From Eledone cirrhosa (taxonomy: Eukaryota), in contig OZ024740.1 in NCBI GenBank assembly GCA_964016885.1, positions 117,986,001 to 118,050,000 of the forward strand: a stretch of 64,000 nucleotides of DNA, read 5' to 3'. Both the position numbers and the translations under genes were made by a program. Shown one piece after another: positions 1 to 15,445 of this stretch (position 1 is its first letter; each line of letters opens with the position of its first letter). A model generated the notes under the pieces. It had not been told where the DNA came from, did no database searches, and saw only the letters and a list, made by a program, of their open reading frames with translations.

Positions 1-1250
1 CAAATCAGGATTTTCTTTGTCTGCCTCCACTTAACCCTTCCTAGGTCAGAGTGGATCCTAGGCACTTGAAGGCGTCGATTTCTTCATGTCTCTTTCCGTT
101 CAGCATGATGCTGGTTGATAGTTGATATATTCTGATTATTACTATTAACCAGAATCTTGCTTTTTTCTGAGATGATCTCCATTCCGTATGCTCATGATAT
201 ATTTTCCAGCCAGGTAGTGGGCTCTCGGAGTTCTGCTTCATTGCTTCCTAAGAGGTCAATGTCATCAGTAAATTGCAGGTTGGAAATGGCCCATCCTCCA
301 ATGAAACAGGGGTGTGGACGTCTTGCATGATGTTTTCCAGGACAATGTTGAAAAGCACTGGATAAAGGAGACACCCTAGTCGGACTGCTACTGTTGGCCT
401 GAAGAATTCTCCAGTGGAGTACTACACTGTTTGAGTTGTCATAGAAGGCTTTAATTACTTGAATGAGGTCGATGTCAAAGTTGCAACCTTTGCTAACGTT
501 CTACAACCCATCATTCCAAACACAGGCAAAGACGTTTTCAAACTCGATGAAGATATGATAAAGGTCAGATGTTGCAGGTGTTTCATAATGAGTAGGCTGA
601 TGTTAAATATTTGTTTGTTGTACTTATTTTAGGCCTGAATCCTGCCTGTTCTTCTGCCTTTCTATTAAGACTGGTTAGAAGACTTTTTAACTATACCTTG
701 CTGGTGTGGCTAATTAGGCTGATTGTTCTGTAGTTCTGGCATTTTTGGGGGGTGGGTTGGGGTGGGATGGAATGGGCATCAAAAGTGACGAATCCACTCC
801 TTTGTTCCCCATATCTTCAGACATGTAACTGCCTGTGCCTTGACATGTTTTGGACACCGCTTGTTGTAGAAGCTCTGATGGAATATTATTGACTCCTTGG
901 GATTTGTCCTCGTTAGGCATGTTGCACTGCCGGTTCGACTTCCTTCTGTAAAATTGAAGCATCCTCAGTTTCTTAGCTCTTATTGGGGGAATTGTCCGGG
1001 TTGTTCATGTTATGTCTGTGTTTGTGGTTATAAAGATCTTCGGAATACTCAGACCGTCTTTTGGTAAAATCATCCTCGTCTCAGAAAATCAAACCAATTT
1101 TGTCCACAATGGCAGTAGTGGTATGTTGCATTATTTTTATTAGCATTTTAATGTTTACATAGGCAGCCTTACTGTTGCCATTTTTTATTACAGTTTCGAT
1201 GATATCCCCTTCTCGTTCGCTTCCTTCATTATCTTCCTGAACTTACTCTT
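1..1250 (-). mobile_element. Decayed RTE-like non-LTR retrotransposon, RT region
   Basis: Minus-strand fragments in several frames: QAGFRP, GCLLYPVLFN, ISNLQFTDDIDLLG (YADD-type motif), EEIDAFKCLGS. Many stops and frameshifts; right boundary approximate. Confidence 0.8.
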
Positions 1251-2387
1251 CACAGCATTGTATTGATATCTTGCCTCATGGTCTGTTAACTTGGTCATCC
1301 AAAGTCATCCCTTTGTGTGGAAACAATATGCTGTCTATGGTCAGCTTGGGAGTGCTAGACAAATCAAGGAGGCAACACTAGTTATGTACTCACGAGCAGC
1401 CTCATAACTTCAAAATCTTTGGCAGGTTTTCTGCTCTGTATATCTGCTGTACTAGCGTCTTGGTGTCTCATATTGATGCTTTTATTCTACGTGTGCTGGC
1501 TCTGAAGTGTTTCTTGTCCGACCCACACATACACGTTAGCCGGGTGGAGCTTGACTTATCCTTATGGGATATTTGAGGCCAATCATCTGACGTTGGCTAA
1601 CAGGGCGCTTTTCCGGTGGCACCTAAACCTCACGTCAGTTTTATTGCTGATCGCTGGCTACCGGTGTATACGCAACCTCTCGTGCAGGCAGTGATGTCAA
1701 TGGCGGACCCTGAGACTACATGCATGATTCAATTAATGCTGGTTATGTTGTGCCTTTGGTTATGGAGTCTCCATATGAAACGGGATATGGAGGTGGAATT
1801 ATCCCTATTTCTGCACCTAAATAAATGTGCAGTCTGGGTAAATTGTCTCTTAGACCCGCACAGTTCATTTAAAAGTCGCCTGGTTGTCTGAATATGACTC
1901 TGGAGAACATAGCGTCTTAGAAGCAGGATCATTCCAGAAGCGAGTTGTTAAGGTTTCGTCAATTTTAAGTTTGTTGTGTCAGTGTCTATGTGGGTGCGTG
2001 TTTTTTCTCTTAAAACGTACGATATTTGAGGCACTGCTTTCTAAACAGGAGTAGCTAAGATTGACATTATTAAATATTGGACATATTGTGTTACCTATCG
2101 CTATATGGGAAGTGTGGTCTGTTTGGGTCAGATTTTATCTATAATCGTCGATATATTTTGACTGAATGGAGGGTTGAGCAATTTCCTGTTTTCGTTTCTA
2201 ATTATATTAGACGTGGTAACTGTGGTTTTTCATGTATACTATTTTTCTATGAAAAACTTTCTTGTTTGGGCCTCGTTGTAATGGGCTAGAGCACGCTCAA
2301 AGATCTCTCTGTCGGGTGATATTCTAGAGATTGCTCTGCTAATCTTGTTTACAATGTGTCTAACAAAGAACTGGAGCTGTTAGTGTT

Positions 2388-2430
<43 letters not shown>

Positions 2431-2438
<8 letters not shown>

Positions 2439-3530
2439 AAGTTTGTCCTCATCAGTGGCCTTCCAACCGTCGTAGGCATTTCGTCGCATTAAAGGTCATA
2501 TACCTCAGGTTGGTGCGAGCAACGGCTAAAAAAAGTCGTCGGGACACGTAAATAAGGGGGACGCTAGGGTAAACAAACAAAATGGTTTAAGCAACAGAAA
2601 GTGATGAAGAAGAAACAAGTTCCAGATTTCTATGAATATAAATTCGGTGGAATCGTGAACGAGAGAATAAAGACCATCAAACCTGGTTGAAATGTGAGCA
2701 AGGAAGGAATTTCGCACAGGTCTAACGGGAGGAAGAAGGGGTCTGGTCTGCGAATTCGGTAAACATAAGTTCTGTGAAGTCGTAGACGAGAGAGAGAGAG
2801 AAAAAAAATTCATACCGGCTTGGCCAAGTGCCCGCGAGAAAAGGATTACGGACAGGTCAAACGGGAAGAAAGGGGAGGAGGAGAGGTAGTGACAGAGAGT
2901 GAGTGAGTGAAAGGTGAGGAAGAGGCTAACAGAGAGAGAGAGACTGCTAGAAAGGGTAAAGACACAAAGAACGAAACAGACTGGTGGCAGCGGAGAAAAA
3001 AATATATGTGTAAATATGATAATAATGGAGCTGCGGCGCTGCAAATGGGTTACATATGAAAAAGTTTGTCCTCATCAGTGGCCTTCCAACCGTCGTAGGC
3101 ATTTAGTCGCATTAAAGGCCATATACCTCAGGTTTGTGCGAGCAACGGCTAAAAAAAGTCGTTGGGACACGTAAATAAGGGGGACGCTAGGGTAAACAAA
3201 CAAAATGGTTTAAGCAACAGAAAGTGATGAAGAAGGAGACAAGTCCCAGATTTCTATGAATATAAATTCGGTGGAATCGTGAACGAGAGAATAAAGACCA
3301 TCAAACCTGGTTGAAATGTGAGCAAGGAAGGAATTTCGCACGGGTCTAACGGGAGGAAGAATGGGTCTGGTCTGCGAATTCGGTAAACATAAGTTCTGAG
3401 AAGTCGCAGATGAGAGAGAGAGAGAAAATTAATACTGGCTTGGCCAAGTGCCCGCGAGAAAAGGATTTCGGACAGGTCAAATGGGAAGAAAGGTGAGGAA
3501 GAGGCTAACAGAGAGAGAGAGAGACTGCTA
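2431..3530 (-). repeat. Partial tandem duplication (offset ~623 bp) of a non-coding unit, probably a PLE pseudo-LTR, starting at a (TA)n tract
   Basis: 2431-~2950 and 3054-3530 are near identical. On the minus strand each ends with ggcca-CTGATGA-ggacaaac, the 5' half of an HHR truncated in stem II. Confidence 0.6.
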
Positions 3531-4692
3531 TATACACCATTTTTCCTTTTATTAGGCTTCCTATAGCGGCAGTGTTTACCTGTGTTAGAGTGATGTCGAG
3601 AAAGTCGAATATGATCACGTTGGTTTTGATTGAAATGTGGTGACCGCATCTTTATAAGATATTCTCTGAACTTAATCCATTGTCTGACCGTTCATATGGC
3701 TTCATATTGCTATATCATCTTCACTGTACAAAACATACCTATAGGGATGCCTTTGTTTTCTTAAAGTATCAAGGATAAAAAAGCCGACGAAGTTAGATAC
3801 TTCAACTCTTTCGTAGTAATCAATTGACTCAGTGAATCTCATTCATTTTGTACCCATTATGAGTTGTTGTGTAATAGTACTGGCTTCCTGGAGTTCAGGA
3901 TTATTCTTATATCGAGGTCTTCCCGGATCCTATTCAATTGTCCCCGAATTCTCAGGCTTTCAGTAGGAGTGGTTCAATGTTAAATAATAAATGTTCACGA
4001 AGTCATTCATCGGATAACTTTATAGATTCTGATTATCAAATTTCATTCACAAGACAGTGGTCAACCGAAGATTGTAATGGAAGACACTTGGTTAACATGC
4101 TTTGCTGTATGGCTCAACACGAACCAACGTACTTGTGAAGAAAACCTAACCAAACAATCACAACCATGCCTATATGCATATGCATGTGTGTACATACGCC
4201 TAAAAATGAAATATAAATTAATTTGACAGGAAAAGGCAAGTCTAACATCTCGAGAAGGACCCGCTAACGAAAGGTTCAGTTAATCTTGTTAGTTTAGTTT
4301 ACTATACTTTGTGAACTAATATTTATTAGTGCAGACTACCAGTCTTGTCGGATTCTACTTTTTCGTTCGTGAATATTTTGTTTTCATGTATTGTGAATAT
4401 GTGTATATATTTAGAGATACATCCAGTTCTTATGCGTTCTCTCATTAAATATGATGTTGTAAGTTATTAAGATACATATGATTTAACATATAGTGGCGCC
4501 ATACAGCTTGGTCACTGTGATCTTCAAGATATATAAATATTTGGACAACTCCAACTATGGATATAAATTTGAATTTATTTATTTATCTTTAATATCTTTA
4601 TTCTAACATATGTATAATCTAACAGAAAGCACTGCACCTACACTGCTGAGTGCGTTTAAGAGTGTGGATGCGCGCGTGTATGTGCGTTTGTG

Positions 4693-4727
<35 letters not shown>

Positions 4728-6164
4728 ATGCCTATGTGTATGTGCGTGCGTGTTTGTGATTTGTAACTTTCTGTATGACCGTTTAACTCTGCTAAATGTA
4801 TTATGAACAGATTTACGCGTGGGATGTGGCTTTGTGTTTAATTACATACCATCATGTTATGAATGGGTTTTGTGTTTATAAACGTGTATGTATATTTGTA
4901 TGTTTCTATTGTGAAATTATGCGTGAGTTTGTGTATTCGTATATATGTTAGAATACACTATGCATGTAATGCATCTATATTCCTATAGAAAATCAAATTA
5001 ATTTTGGTGCATGCATTAATGATTATTTTGAAATTAGTTTGTAGAACTTGACACTTAAACTATGTAGTTTTGACACAAACTATAAATCCTCTGACTCACC
5101 ACATTCTCATTCCCTTTCTCTCTTTCGTGTTGTTATCATAATCATTTTAACATCCATTTTCCTTACTAGCATGGGTTGGATATGTCTTCTATACTGTGTA
5201 TTACTACTTGTTCCAATGCTTTGTCATCTCATGATTCCCCCCAGAGAGTTATCAACACCATTTAATTTGTTTTTCTCGAGTATTCTCTACTACAACATAT
5301 TTCATTGAAAGTATATAGCATTAAAACCCAGTATTCATCATCCATTTGAAAATATCTATACTAGCACCATCATTTATACACCAGCTAATACTTTTAATGC
5401 TGGGTCAACCATAGTTCACTTCCCCCTGTGCAGTCTCCTCCCTCTTACGGGCACACTGTATTCACTTCCAAATATATATTAACTCAAGGAGTTTGTAACA
5501 AACCAACGTTTATGAAATTAAATCTAGACACATGTGAAGTCTTAACGGCTGAATACTGCAACGTATAAAAGAAATTTGACTTCACCAACCGGCAAGCACA
5601 GCTGTGTGTGTGTCATAAAAAAGTCCAATACAATAACTGGAGTAAGATTTGAACGTTTGTTTTGTGATCAGTAGCCTACTATTAAATATCTATAGTGACA
5701 ATTATTGCCTTGACGTACTATATATAGAATGTAACAAATCTGGCAAAGTCTGAAGTTATGAGCTATAGACATATAACTCTGAACTTCAGACCTCTGGCGA
5801 AGCACATAAATCATTCAGTTAAGCTGGTAGAACTATATTTTCCTTTATAAAATCACTGAATTACAAACTTTGACTGTAAAAACTTCTATCCTCATTTTTA
5901 TTCTGGACATTACACAAGGTCAAATAGCAAGGGATATATTTGTAGTGAGTTGTTTCAATAAATTCTGTTTTCTCTTCACTTAACTTATCAAATTCTATAA
6001 ATTTCCTGCAGATCTCGAAGGAATAATTTTGATGGTACTTCACAATGGTTATTTGAGTTTCTCTTATTCCTCTGATATTATATATGAGCTTTGGAAGAAT
6101 TTTGCTTCAAACTCACAAAATACCGTTCCAAAGAAGAAATAAACTTTAATTTACTTTTGTTGTA

Positions 6165-6850
<686 letters not shown>

Positions 6851-8669
6851 GCATGTTTTTTTATGTATATGCTCTGTTACCTTTAATTTTCCGCCATTTA
6901 AAAATAATAATATATAGTCCTCACCACAAATCTGTAAAAGAAAATGTAAAATTGTTTTGTTCAAATGATCTTGTTTTGTTGTCATTTAGCCTTAGGTTAA
7001 CCCTAATTAACCAAACGTATAATAAAAAAGTGTTCTCATCATGCCTACTGCATCTTTGTATATCACGAATAATTCAATTATCAATAAGTTATTTTTAAAT
7101 GGTTATGCCTCATTTGAAGGAAACTAGACTGCTATTTTATAGATCGAGTGCTCGTGTGGAGGCTTCTTCAGTAGTTGCTATAAATAATTTTATTGGAGAA
7201 AGAGACATGAATTTATTTGTGTCTTTCTAGTCATTTAACTGTAAAATAGTTTATGTCACACAAAACTTTCAGGGTAACGTGCGTGACTACTCTCAATGTA
7301 TATAACGATAATGTTGTGCACGACCAATTTTATTAACGTTGGGTGTTGTTTAATGTTGTAACAACACACCACAAATAAGATTAAAACTATATAACATAAC
7401 AAAAATCAACACTAATCGTTTCTAATTTATTGTTAATTAGCTGTGGTGGTACTGAACAAAATAGAGTTTCTATTATTTCTTAGAATTACAAAAAAGAAAA
7501 TAATAATACCGTGAAGATTCATAAATTATATAGTTGACCTGGGTATGACATAACACATAACTGCGAAAGGTAATTATATACATGAAACTGAGTGCAATAA
7601 ACATCAAGAGTAACACTTTATTAATCAACATCACGTTTATGTTTATGGTTGTAGCATACTCCCGGTGGACAGAACTGCGAAGGTTTTGCTGCTACATTGG
7701 ATAGTACAACTTGTGGAATGCGTTCTTGCCAATGGCCTTCTATATCCCGATTGCTGTAAGTAGCGAGAGGGCACCAGGACTCAGGATTCCTGATATTTCC
7801 TCTGTTAAGCGCTGGACATTAAACCCATCGAAGAGAGACCGGTAATTTCTCAGCTTGCGACTTCTGCAAGTCGAAGAACAGAATCTATATCCAAGACTTT
7901 GACCGTTGTAGAGCTGACTAAAGTGGCTAAATCATTATTAAACAGTATCAATAAATAAAAGGTAACTCTAAATGATAGCCTGGGACGAAGGACAGCGCAA
8001 AGAGTGATATAGTTTTTTTCATTTTATCATCGATACACAATGTAAGTTTCAGTTTCAAATACCTAAATCTTGATTTATTATTTTCTTGATACGTGGCAGA
8101 CTACAAAGCAGTGTGTATCAAGTGTTAGTGGCATGATCATTCCTCGAATGATGTGCAACTTGTAAAAGCTGCAATACGATGGAAATGCGACAACCATCAT
8201 AACAGTGAGACATGATTTATTGAACTTAGAAGTTCAGATGAGGATCATAATTATGAAAATAAACCTTGCAATATATTAAAGTCTCCTTAAATTGATTATG
8301 GCATTTCTATTGTATGTGAGAGTCTTTGCAGGATGGGGTATTCGATATATATCAGTCGCATAAAATAGCTGGAAGTAGTAACATATCTGGTAGCACTTCC
8401 TAATAATATGCCCCTTATTTCCAATGATTGCGGGAATTGAAATGCCCGAACCTGCATCAGAGGAAATTCTTCTTTTTGGTTGCTGCTTTTTTCTTTTGTT
8501 AGAAAATATTTCAAGCTACTAAATATACTATAGAAAGTAACTCAACTTTTCAATCAATATTTAATCAATATCTTATTTATCTCTAAAGTAAATGCTGTAG
8601 AACAGGAGATAAGCTTTTGGCAATTTAATTTGTTACGTAGATTTGATTCTTGGTTGAGAGCCATTTCAT

Positions 8670-10200
8670 TTTCTTTAGATGCTAATTTTTTAAAGAAAGG
8701 CATAAATGTCATTCCGACCGATCTTCCTCTCCTAAAGTTATAGAGTAATTTGCCCAGTCTAAAGGAACAGATATTGTATTTATTTGTAAGATCATGGTTA
8801 GCAGAAATAATAGAAGGCTTGACCAAGTGTCTTGAAGCATTTAGTTTTACCCATTTAGAATTGATAAAACAAAGAAATCTATGTTTGGCACAAGCACAAA
8901 TTTCATTCCTATTGTGGAGGTTATAGTTGATTTAATGTACCACAGTAAATTAATGTAATTGTTTTATCGTTGATATATTTAATATATTTGGTTGGTTTTC
9001 AGTACATTTTTTTATATTTTTTAAATGTATATTTGTTTAATATATGTATATTTGTTTAATATTTTCTAACTCCAATGGGTGAATAAATTTATGAATTTAG
9101 AAGAGACTAATAGTATAAGACCATTTGTAAAGGCCTTTAAGGGAAATAACTCCATCTCGGTTTTCAAAACATGAAACATTGGTTTCCTCACAGACAGCTT
9201 CCTACATTGCAGCGCATCTTTACAAAGACTTTAATAATTAAAAGTTAATGAAGAAAAAATTTAATGTTAATTCAGAATGGAAATGAAGTGAATAAATAAA
9301 TATGTTTTGGATATCTATGAAAATATTTAAATATATAAAATACATTTCTAATGCAGAAGGTTTAAATCATTAACTATGATTATTATTTTATTAGCACTTC
9401 AAATTTTAATTGGAAGGTTAAAATAAAGCAAACTTAATTAAATCCTGGTTGATTACCTTTCTGATGTTCCTTTAAATAATGAACTAATCTCATTTTGTTT
9501 GATTAATTTTCGTAATATTAATACTTGGTAATTAAATTAAATTTATTGATGTTTAGCCTAAGATTGAATGGTGCATAGATGTTTACCTTTAAAAAGAAAT
9601 TGAAACAAGCTAATACAAAGAGTACTCATTAGAGAGTTGAAAACCCTTCTCGTCATTGCCCACAATGAAATTTGTCATTGAAAAAATACATTTCACAAAC
9701 TAAGATCTTTATAGCATCATATATCGAATTTTGAAATTGTTTTTAATTTATAGCATACACACAGTTCATTTGGTGCCTGAGTGTTTTGATTTGATTTCAA
9801 CTGGAGTTGATCGAAAATCTAATACTAAAATTAATTAATGTCATCAAATTCACTCAGATCACTTACGAAAGGAATTTATTCGTGAATTACATACTGACCT
9901 ATAAATATTGACAATTAAATGTTGATATTCCCAATCAGCGTAATGGCAGATCATCTATTTCTATATAGAATGATTAATTCTAAGTCTTGCTAACTGAGTC
10001 GAATATGCTACATGAAGAAAGTCTTTTCAACCTAAGCATGGCTATTGCTCTGAATATTTGACTTGAAAGACTCTCATATCTATACCACATTTATGTTCCA
10101 AACATTTCGAGTAAATGTTTTGTTTCGAACTATATCCGATGAGATGGTACTGACAATGCGTTGCTTAAAAAGCGCTAAATATAGGTAAGGCAGATACTAC
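8670..10200 (+). pseudogene. Possible heavily decayed leucine-rich-repeat (Toll-like) gene remnant
   Basis: Manual translation gives DANFLKKGINVIPTDLP (LRRNT-like, ~8678-8728), SNLPSLKEQIL, ELKTLLVIAHNEI..KNTFHKLRSL (9634-9711) and LMSSNSLRSLTKGIY (~9835-9880), interrupted by stops and frameshifts. Confidence 0.4.
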
Positions 10201-10786
10201 GTATGGACGGCGACTTCGATTACTACATCTCTATCCAGCTTATATATTTATATACTATACGGTACTGGCACAAGAGGCTATGCTACTAATTCCTTAATCA
10301 ATAATCCTGAAATGATACGATATTCAGGCAACGAAAAACATTGAACAACACGTACTCGTCACTCTTATGATACAAAAAAGGAAAATATGTAAGAATTTTC
10401 TAGAAATTTTACTAGTAACTATATATTGTTATTGAAGTGTAAATTCATACGATACAGCTATATTATTACAAACTAAATCTTTCTAGGAAACATTCGAAGA
10501 GTTAAAAAAAGAAGAAAGGAAACATACATATATTTGTCGTTACGTACCGTTAGCAATAATTTGAGGCGGAAAAATAACAATGAAATCAAAGAATGCAACG
10601 TATCCGTATCGGACAAACAGGAAGATGTATGCATTTCAGTGGATATGTTATATTTCAATTTTAAATTGTGGTCTACAAATCAGAAACATGGATATTGTAT
10701 CTATTGATTTATAATATGCAAGAGAGTCTTCCCACTATGCAAACTGTATTATACACACACACACACATACACATATATATATATAA

Positions 10787-11156
10787 TTAAATTTCATTTT
10801 TTCATTTATCGTTTTTGGTACGCCCGGAAGACTAACTCACTCGATATGCAAATTAGGTTGCTCAGCCGTTAATATGCATAAGGAAAGTATATACTTTCAA
10901 ACGTTCAATCGACTGACAGGAAGGTATACGGTGCTGATGACAGCTAATAAGCTAGAAACTAGTTCATCGTTCCTTTGTCAGTGTTGAACAAAAGGGCAAC
11001 GATGGTTGCCGAACACTGCACGGCTTAATTCAGGCTGTTTGTTTACAAACAAACCGAACATTATAATAAATGTTCGGTAAACCCATACGTACATATATAT
11101 ATGTATGTATGTATATACATACTACTGTACGTCTGTATACATATATGTATGTACGT

Positions 11157-11163
<7 letters not shown>
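10787..11163 (+). mobile_element. HHR-bearing non-coding repeat family (retrozyme/pLTR-like), copy 1, partial monomer
   Basis: Homologous to 11620-12292 and 13684-14298; flanked by TA tracts; carries the HHR at 10929-10969. Confidence 0.8.
10929..10969 (+). ncRNA. Minimal type I hammerhead ribozyme
   Basis: cggtg-CTGATGA-c-agct-aata-agct-a-GAAA-ctag-TT-catcg. Palindromic stem III (ACTAGT); stem I extends (ctgaca..ggaa / ttcc..tgtcag). Confidence 0.75.
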
Positions 11164-11217
<54 letters not shown>

Positions 11218-11537
11218 AATATATAGTCATATATAATAATGCACGTGTTACAAACTTGCACACATATTTATACATAATCATGCACGTGTTATAAACACGC
11301 ACACATATTTATACATACATTCACACACAAACACTCACAACGTGTGTATGTGTATATTAAGTAAATATAATAATGTAAATATTAATATAAGTCAAATGCA
11401 TAATTGAACGTAAAATGTCTTTTATTTTGCAAGCTTTTAGTAAATTAATTTACAAGAAATAATTACAAATCGTATTATGCATGTATGAGGATTGTATGAA
11501 TGTATGTATACATTTTCATATAGGCAGGAAAAATAAT

Positions 11538-11595
<58 letters not shown>

Positions 11596-11619
11596 ATTAT
11601 TTTTCCGGCCTATATATAT

Positions 11620-12292
11620 AACAAACGAGCAACGGTGGTTGCTAGACACTACGGCTTAATACGGGATGTTCGTTTACAAACACACCGAGCATTATAATAA
11701 ATGTTCGGTGAACCCATACGTGCATATATATATGTGTGCATGTATGTATATATATATATACATACTACTGTACGTCGGTATACATATATGTATGTACGTG
11801 TACATACTTATATTTAAGTAACAGCCGTACTAAGAGTGGGAAATAAAATATCATTTCATTTTTTCCGTTGATCGTTTTCGGTGCACCCGGCCGATTAACC
11901 CACTCGATATGCAAATTGGGCTACTCAGCCGTTAATATGCATAAGGTAAGTATATACGTTCAACAATCTGGCAGGAAGGTATACGTTGCTGACGATAGCT
12001 AACAAGCTTGAAACTAGTACAGCGTTCCTTTGTCAGTGTTGAACAAACGAGCAACGGTGGTTGCTAGACACTACGGCTTAATACGGGATGTTTGTTTACA
12101 AACACACCGAGCATTATAATAAATGTTCGGTGAACCCATACGTGCATATATATATGTGTGCATGTATGTATATATATATATATACATACTACTGTACGTC
12201 GGTATACATATATGTATGTACGTGTACATACTTATATTTAAGTAACAGCCGTACTAAGAGTGGGAAATGAAATATCGTTTCATTTTTTCCGT
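11620..12292 (+). mobile_element. HHR-bearing non-coding repeat family, copy 2 (about 1.6 monomers, period 422 bp)
   Basis: 11621.. is repeated at 12043.., near identical; flanked by TA tracts. Confidence 0.85.
11984..12024 (+). ncRNA. Minimal type I hammerhead ribozyme
   Basis: cgttg-CTGACGA-t-agct-aaca-agct-t-GAAA-ctag-TA-cagcg; GUA cleavage triplet. Confidence 0.8.
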
Positions 12293-12348
12293 TTATATAT
12301 ATATATATATATGTATATGATATATGATATATATGAAATACAAGTATT

Positions 12349-12400
<52 letters not shown>

Positions 12401-12759
12401 GTGTATGTGTGTGTGCGTGTGTGTGTGTGTATATATATATACAGAAGTATATATATATATATGGAGGCAAGTGTTTATGTTTGTGTGAGTGCACATGCTT
12501 AAACCTACTTCTGACTAACTTAGTGAAAGTAATAATAGAATTGACTGATTAGATCAGCTCTAGTTAAAGGTTAAGTTGTTAGAGAATTAGAGAAACGAAT
12601 ACAGAAGATAATCTGAGAATCCCAATATAAAACATCAACAATATTTCCCTATTGTAGTAAGGTACGTCCTACTAGGAAAGGAAGATAGAAAAGAAATAGT
12701 TAGAGATAGATAGGGTAACTGAGAAATAAAGATACATATATACATCTATATACGTGCAC

Positions 12760-12878
<119 letters not shown>

Positions 12879-12930
12879 AGAGTGAGTGAGAGAGAGAGAG
12901 AATGAGTGAGAGAGAGAGAGAGAGAGAGAG

Positions 12931-13003
<73 letters not shown>

Positions 13004-13488
13004 CGAAGGGGGTGTGATTGATAGTTATGCAGATAAAAGTAACGACGAAAGAAAAGGTTGGAGAAGGTTAGTGTTAAAGTGAGAAAATGTGAAAAATACT
13101 CGTGCAGAACCAAGATTGAATATGGATATACATAATAACTTTTCTAATTACAATATAAATTCATAGACTTTTCTAACAAGAAGTATATGGTAATTATGTA
13201 TGCTCACATATTTACACACACAGACACACACACATACATATAAATATGTATATGTACATATTTATGTATACTTATGTACACAGAGTATCGAACTCCATAT
13301 ATTTCTGAGATATGGTGTTCGATTCTCCTTAGCAATAACTGTGCGCTTTTCTCCATTAACAAGGGTTTTTTTTAATCCAATTTACAATGTATTTACAGTT
13401 ATCTTTTGTGCCTGAGATTTTTACACCCTCTGTGAACTTCATATATATATATGTGTGTGTGCGTATATATATATATATATATATATAT

Positions 13489-13603
<115 letters not shown>

Positions 13604-13683
13604 ATATATATATATTTATATGCTATCGCCGTATTTTGACTAAAGAAATTAGAGAAATTATTTAGCCTGATAGTGGGGTTAAG

Positions 13684-14298
13684 AACGATGGTTGCTAGAC
13701 ACTGTACGGCTTAATTCGGGATGTTTGTTTACAAACACACCGAGCATTATAATAAATGTTCGGTGAATCCATACGTACATATATATATGTGTGCATGTAT
13801 GTATATATATATATATATACATACTACTGTACGTCTGTATACATATATGTATGTACGTATACATACTTATATTTAAGTATCAGCCGTACTAAAAGTGTGA
13901 AATGAAATTTCGTTTCATTTTTTCCGTTTATCGTTTTCGGTGCGCCCGGTCGATTAACTCACTAGATATGCAAATTAGGCTGCTCAGCCGTTAATATGCA
14001 TAAGGAAGGTATATACTTTCAGACGTTCAATCATCAGGCAGGAAGGTATAAGTTGCTGACGATAGCTAATAAGCTTAAAGCTAGTACAGCGTTCGTTTGT
14101 CAGTGTTGAACAAATGAGCAACGATGGTTGCTAGACACTGTACGGCTTAATTCGGGATGTTTGTTTACAAACACACGGAGCATTATAATAAATGTTCGGT
14201 GAAACCATACGTACATATATATATATGTGTGCATGTATGTATATATATATATACATACTACTGTACGTCTGTATACATATATATATTTACGTATACAT
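13684..14298 (+). mobile_element. HHR-bearing non-coding repeat family, copy 3 (about 1.4 monomers, period 436 bp), with damaged HHR at 14051-14091
   Basis: 13684.. is repeated at 14120..; the HHR core GAAA reads AAAG. Confidence 0.85.
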
Positions 14299-15445
14299 AC
14301 ATATAGATATATAAATAATTAATAATATATATAATATATAAACTTATATAACTGTTAAACATTTAAATAATAATAATATATTCATACCTCATTATTGTTG
14401 ATAGTGGAAGTGATAGATCGAGATAGCAAATCACGAGGAAAGAGAGAAAAAGAGAAACAAAAAGAAGGAGATTTGATTGTAGGAACAAGAGAAGGGAGAA
14501 ATGATCAAATGATAGAGAGAGGAAAATAAGTTAAATCGTATAATCAAAGGGAGGAAGATATGCATTATAATATGTAAATAGCGTATAATTAGATAGGTTG
14601 AACGAATAATGCGTGACCGTTTATTTTCAAATCTTAAGTTAGTTGAAAATAGTCAATAAATCAAATGACATAAGATTTTAGACTATAACATTTTAAAGAT
14701 TTATATTATTGTATTATATCGGAGTTCAAGTAAATATAACGTGAAAGAGATAAATCTATGTCTATCAGAACGCCAAAGGTATTCACAAGTATATTTAAAA
14801 GTATATTAAAATCAAGAATATAATCAATATATTAGTAAAAAAAAACTTAAAATTAAAATGTTATTAATAAGTCATAAAGCATTATAAATGTATCTAATAA
14901 GATATTATTAAACCAGCTTTATCTAGATATACACATTTATATAATTTATATATAGACTATAAATTTTAAGGTTTCAGACGATATTAGTCACTTATATGTA
15001 GTATAATTTCTGTTGAGCGTGTTATAAATTTAATTCAACTAGATTTTACTGTATTTAAAATTTTACATCAATTTAAGTATACAAAAAATTTATCAACTTG
15101 GATCTAAGGAGACTTTTATACTATAAATGTATAATCATATCCTCGTGAATCGTAAATAACCATTCAAAGTAATTAAACGGTTTACAAGCCTGAATACATT
15201 AAAGGTATCAAATATATAAGATATAAGATTTAGAATATACGAAAACCAAAATTAAATGTATTCAAACAATCTAAAGGTCATACGTACTCAAAAGAGATCA
15301 GGTTAACACTTTCAATGTTAAGGTAGAAACCCTTAATCTAATATTAATAATAGTATAAATAATAAAAGCATTACAAGCATTTTTAATCTGAGACAATATT
15401 GTTTCACACGCAGAGTTATTAATAAACGTCTAAATCATTTCACAT

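Noticed and set aside
2440-2486. Complete type II hammerhead (minus-strand GAAA upstream of CTGATGA)
   Set aside because: No UH plus stem I between the motifs, stem II arms do not pair, and GAAA is absent in the second copy.
5861-6043. Short non-repetitive minus-strand ORF, and those at 8296-8826
   Set aside because: No recognisable motif; for 8554-8826 the opposite strand gives the more interpretable LRR-like signal.
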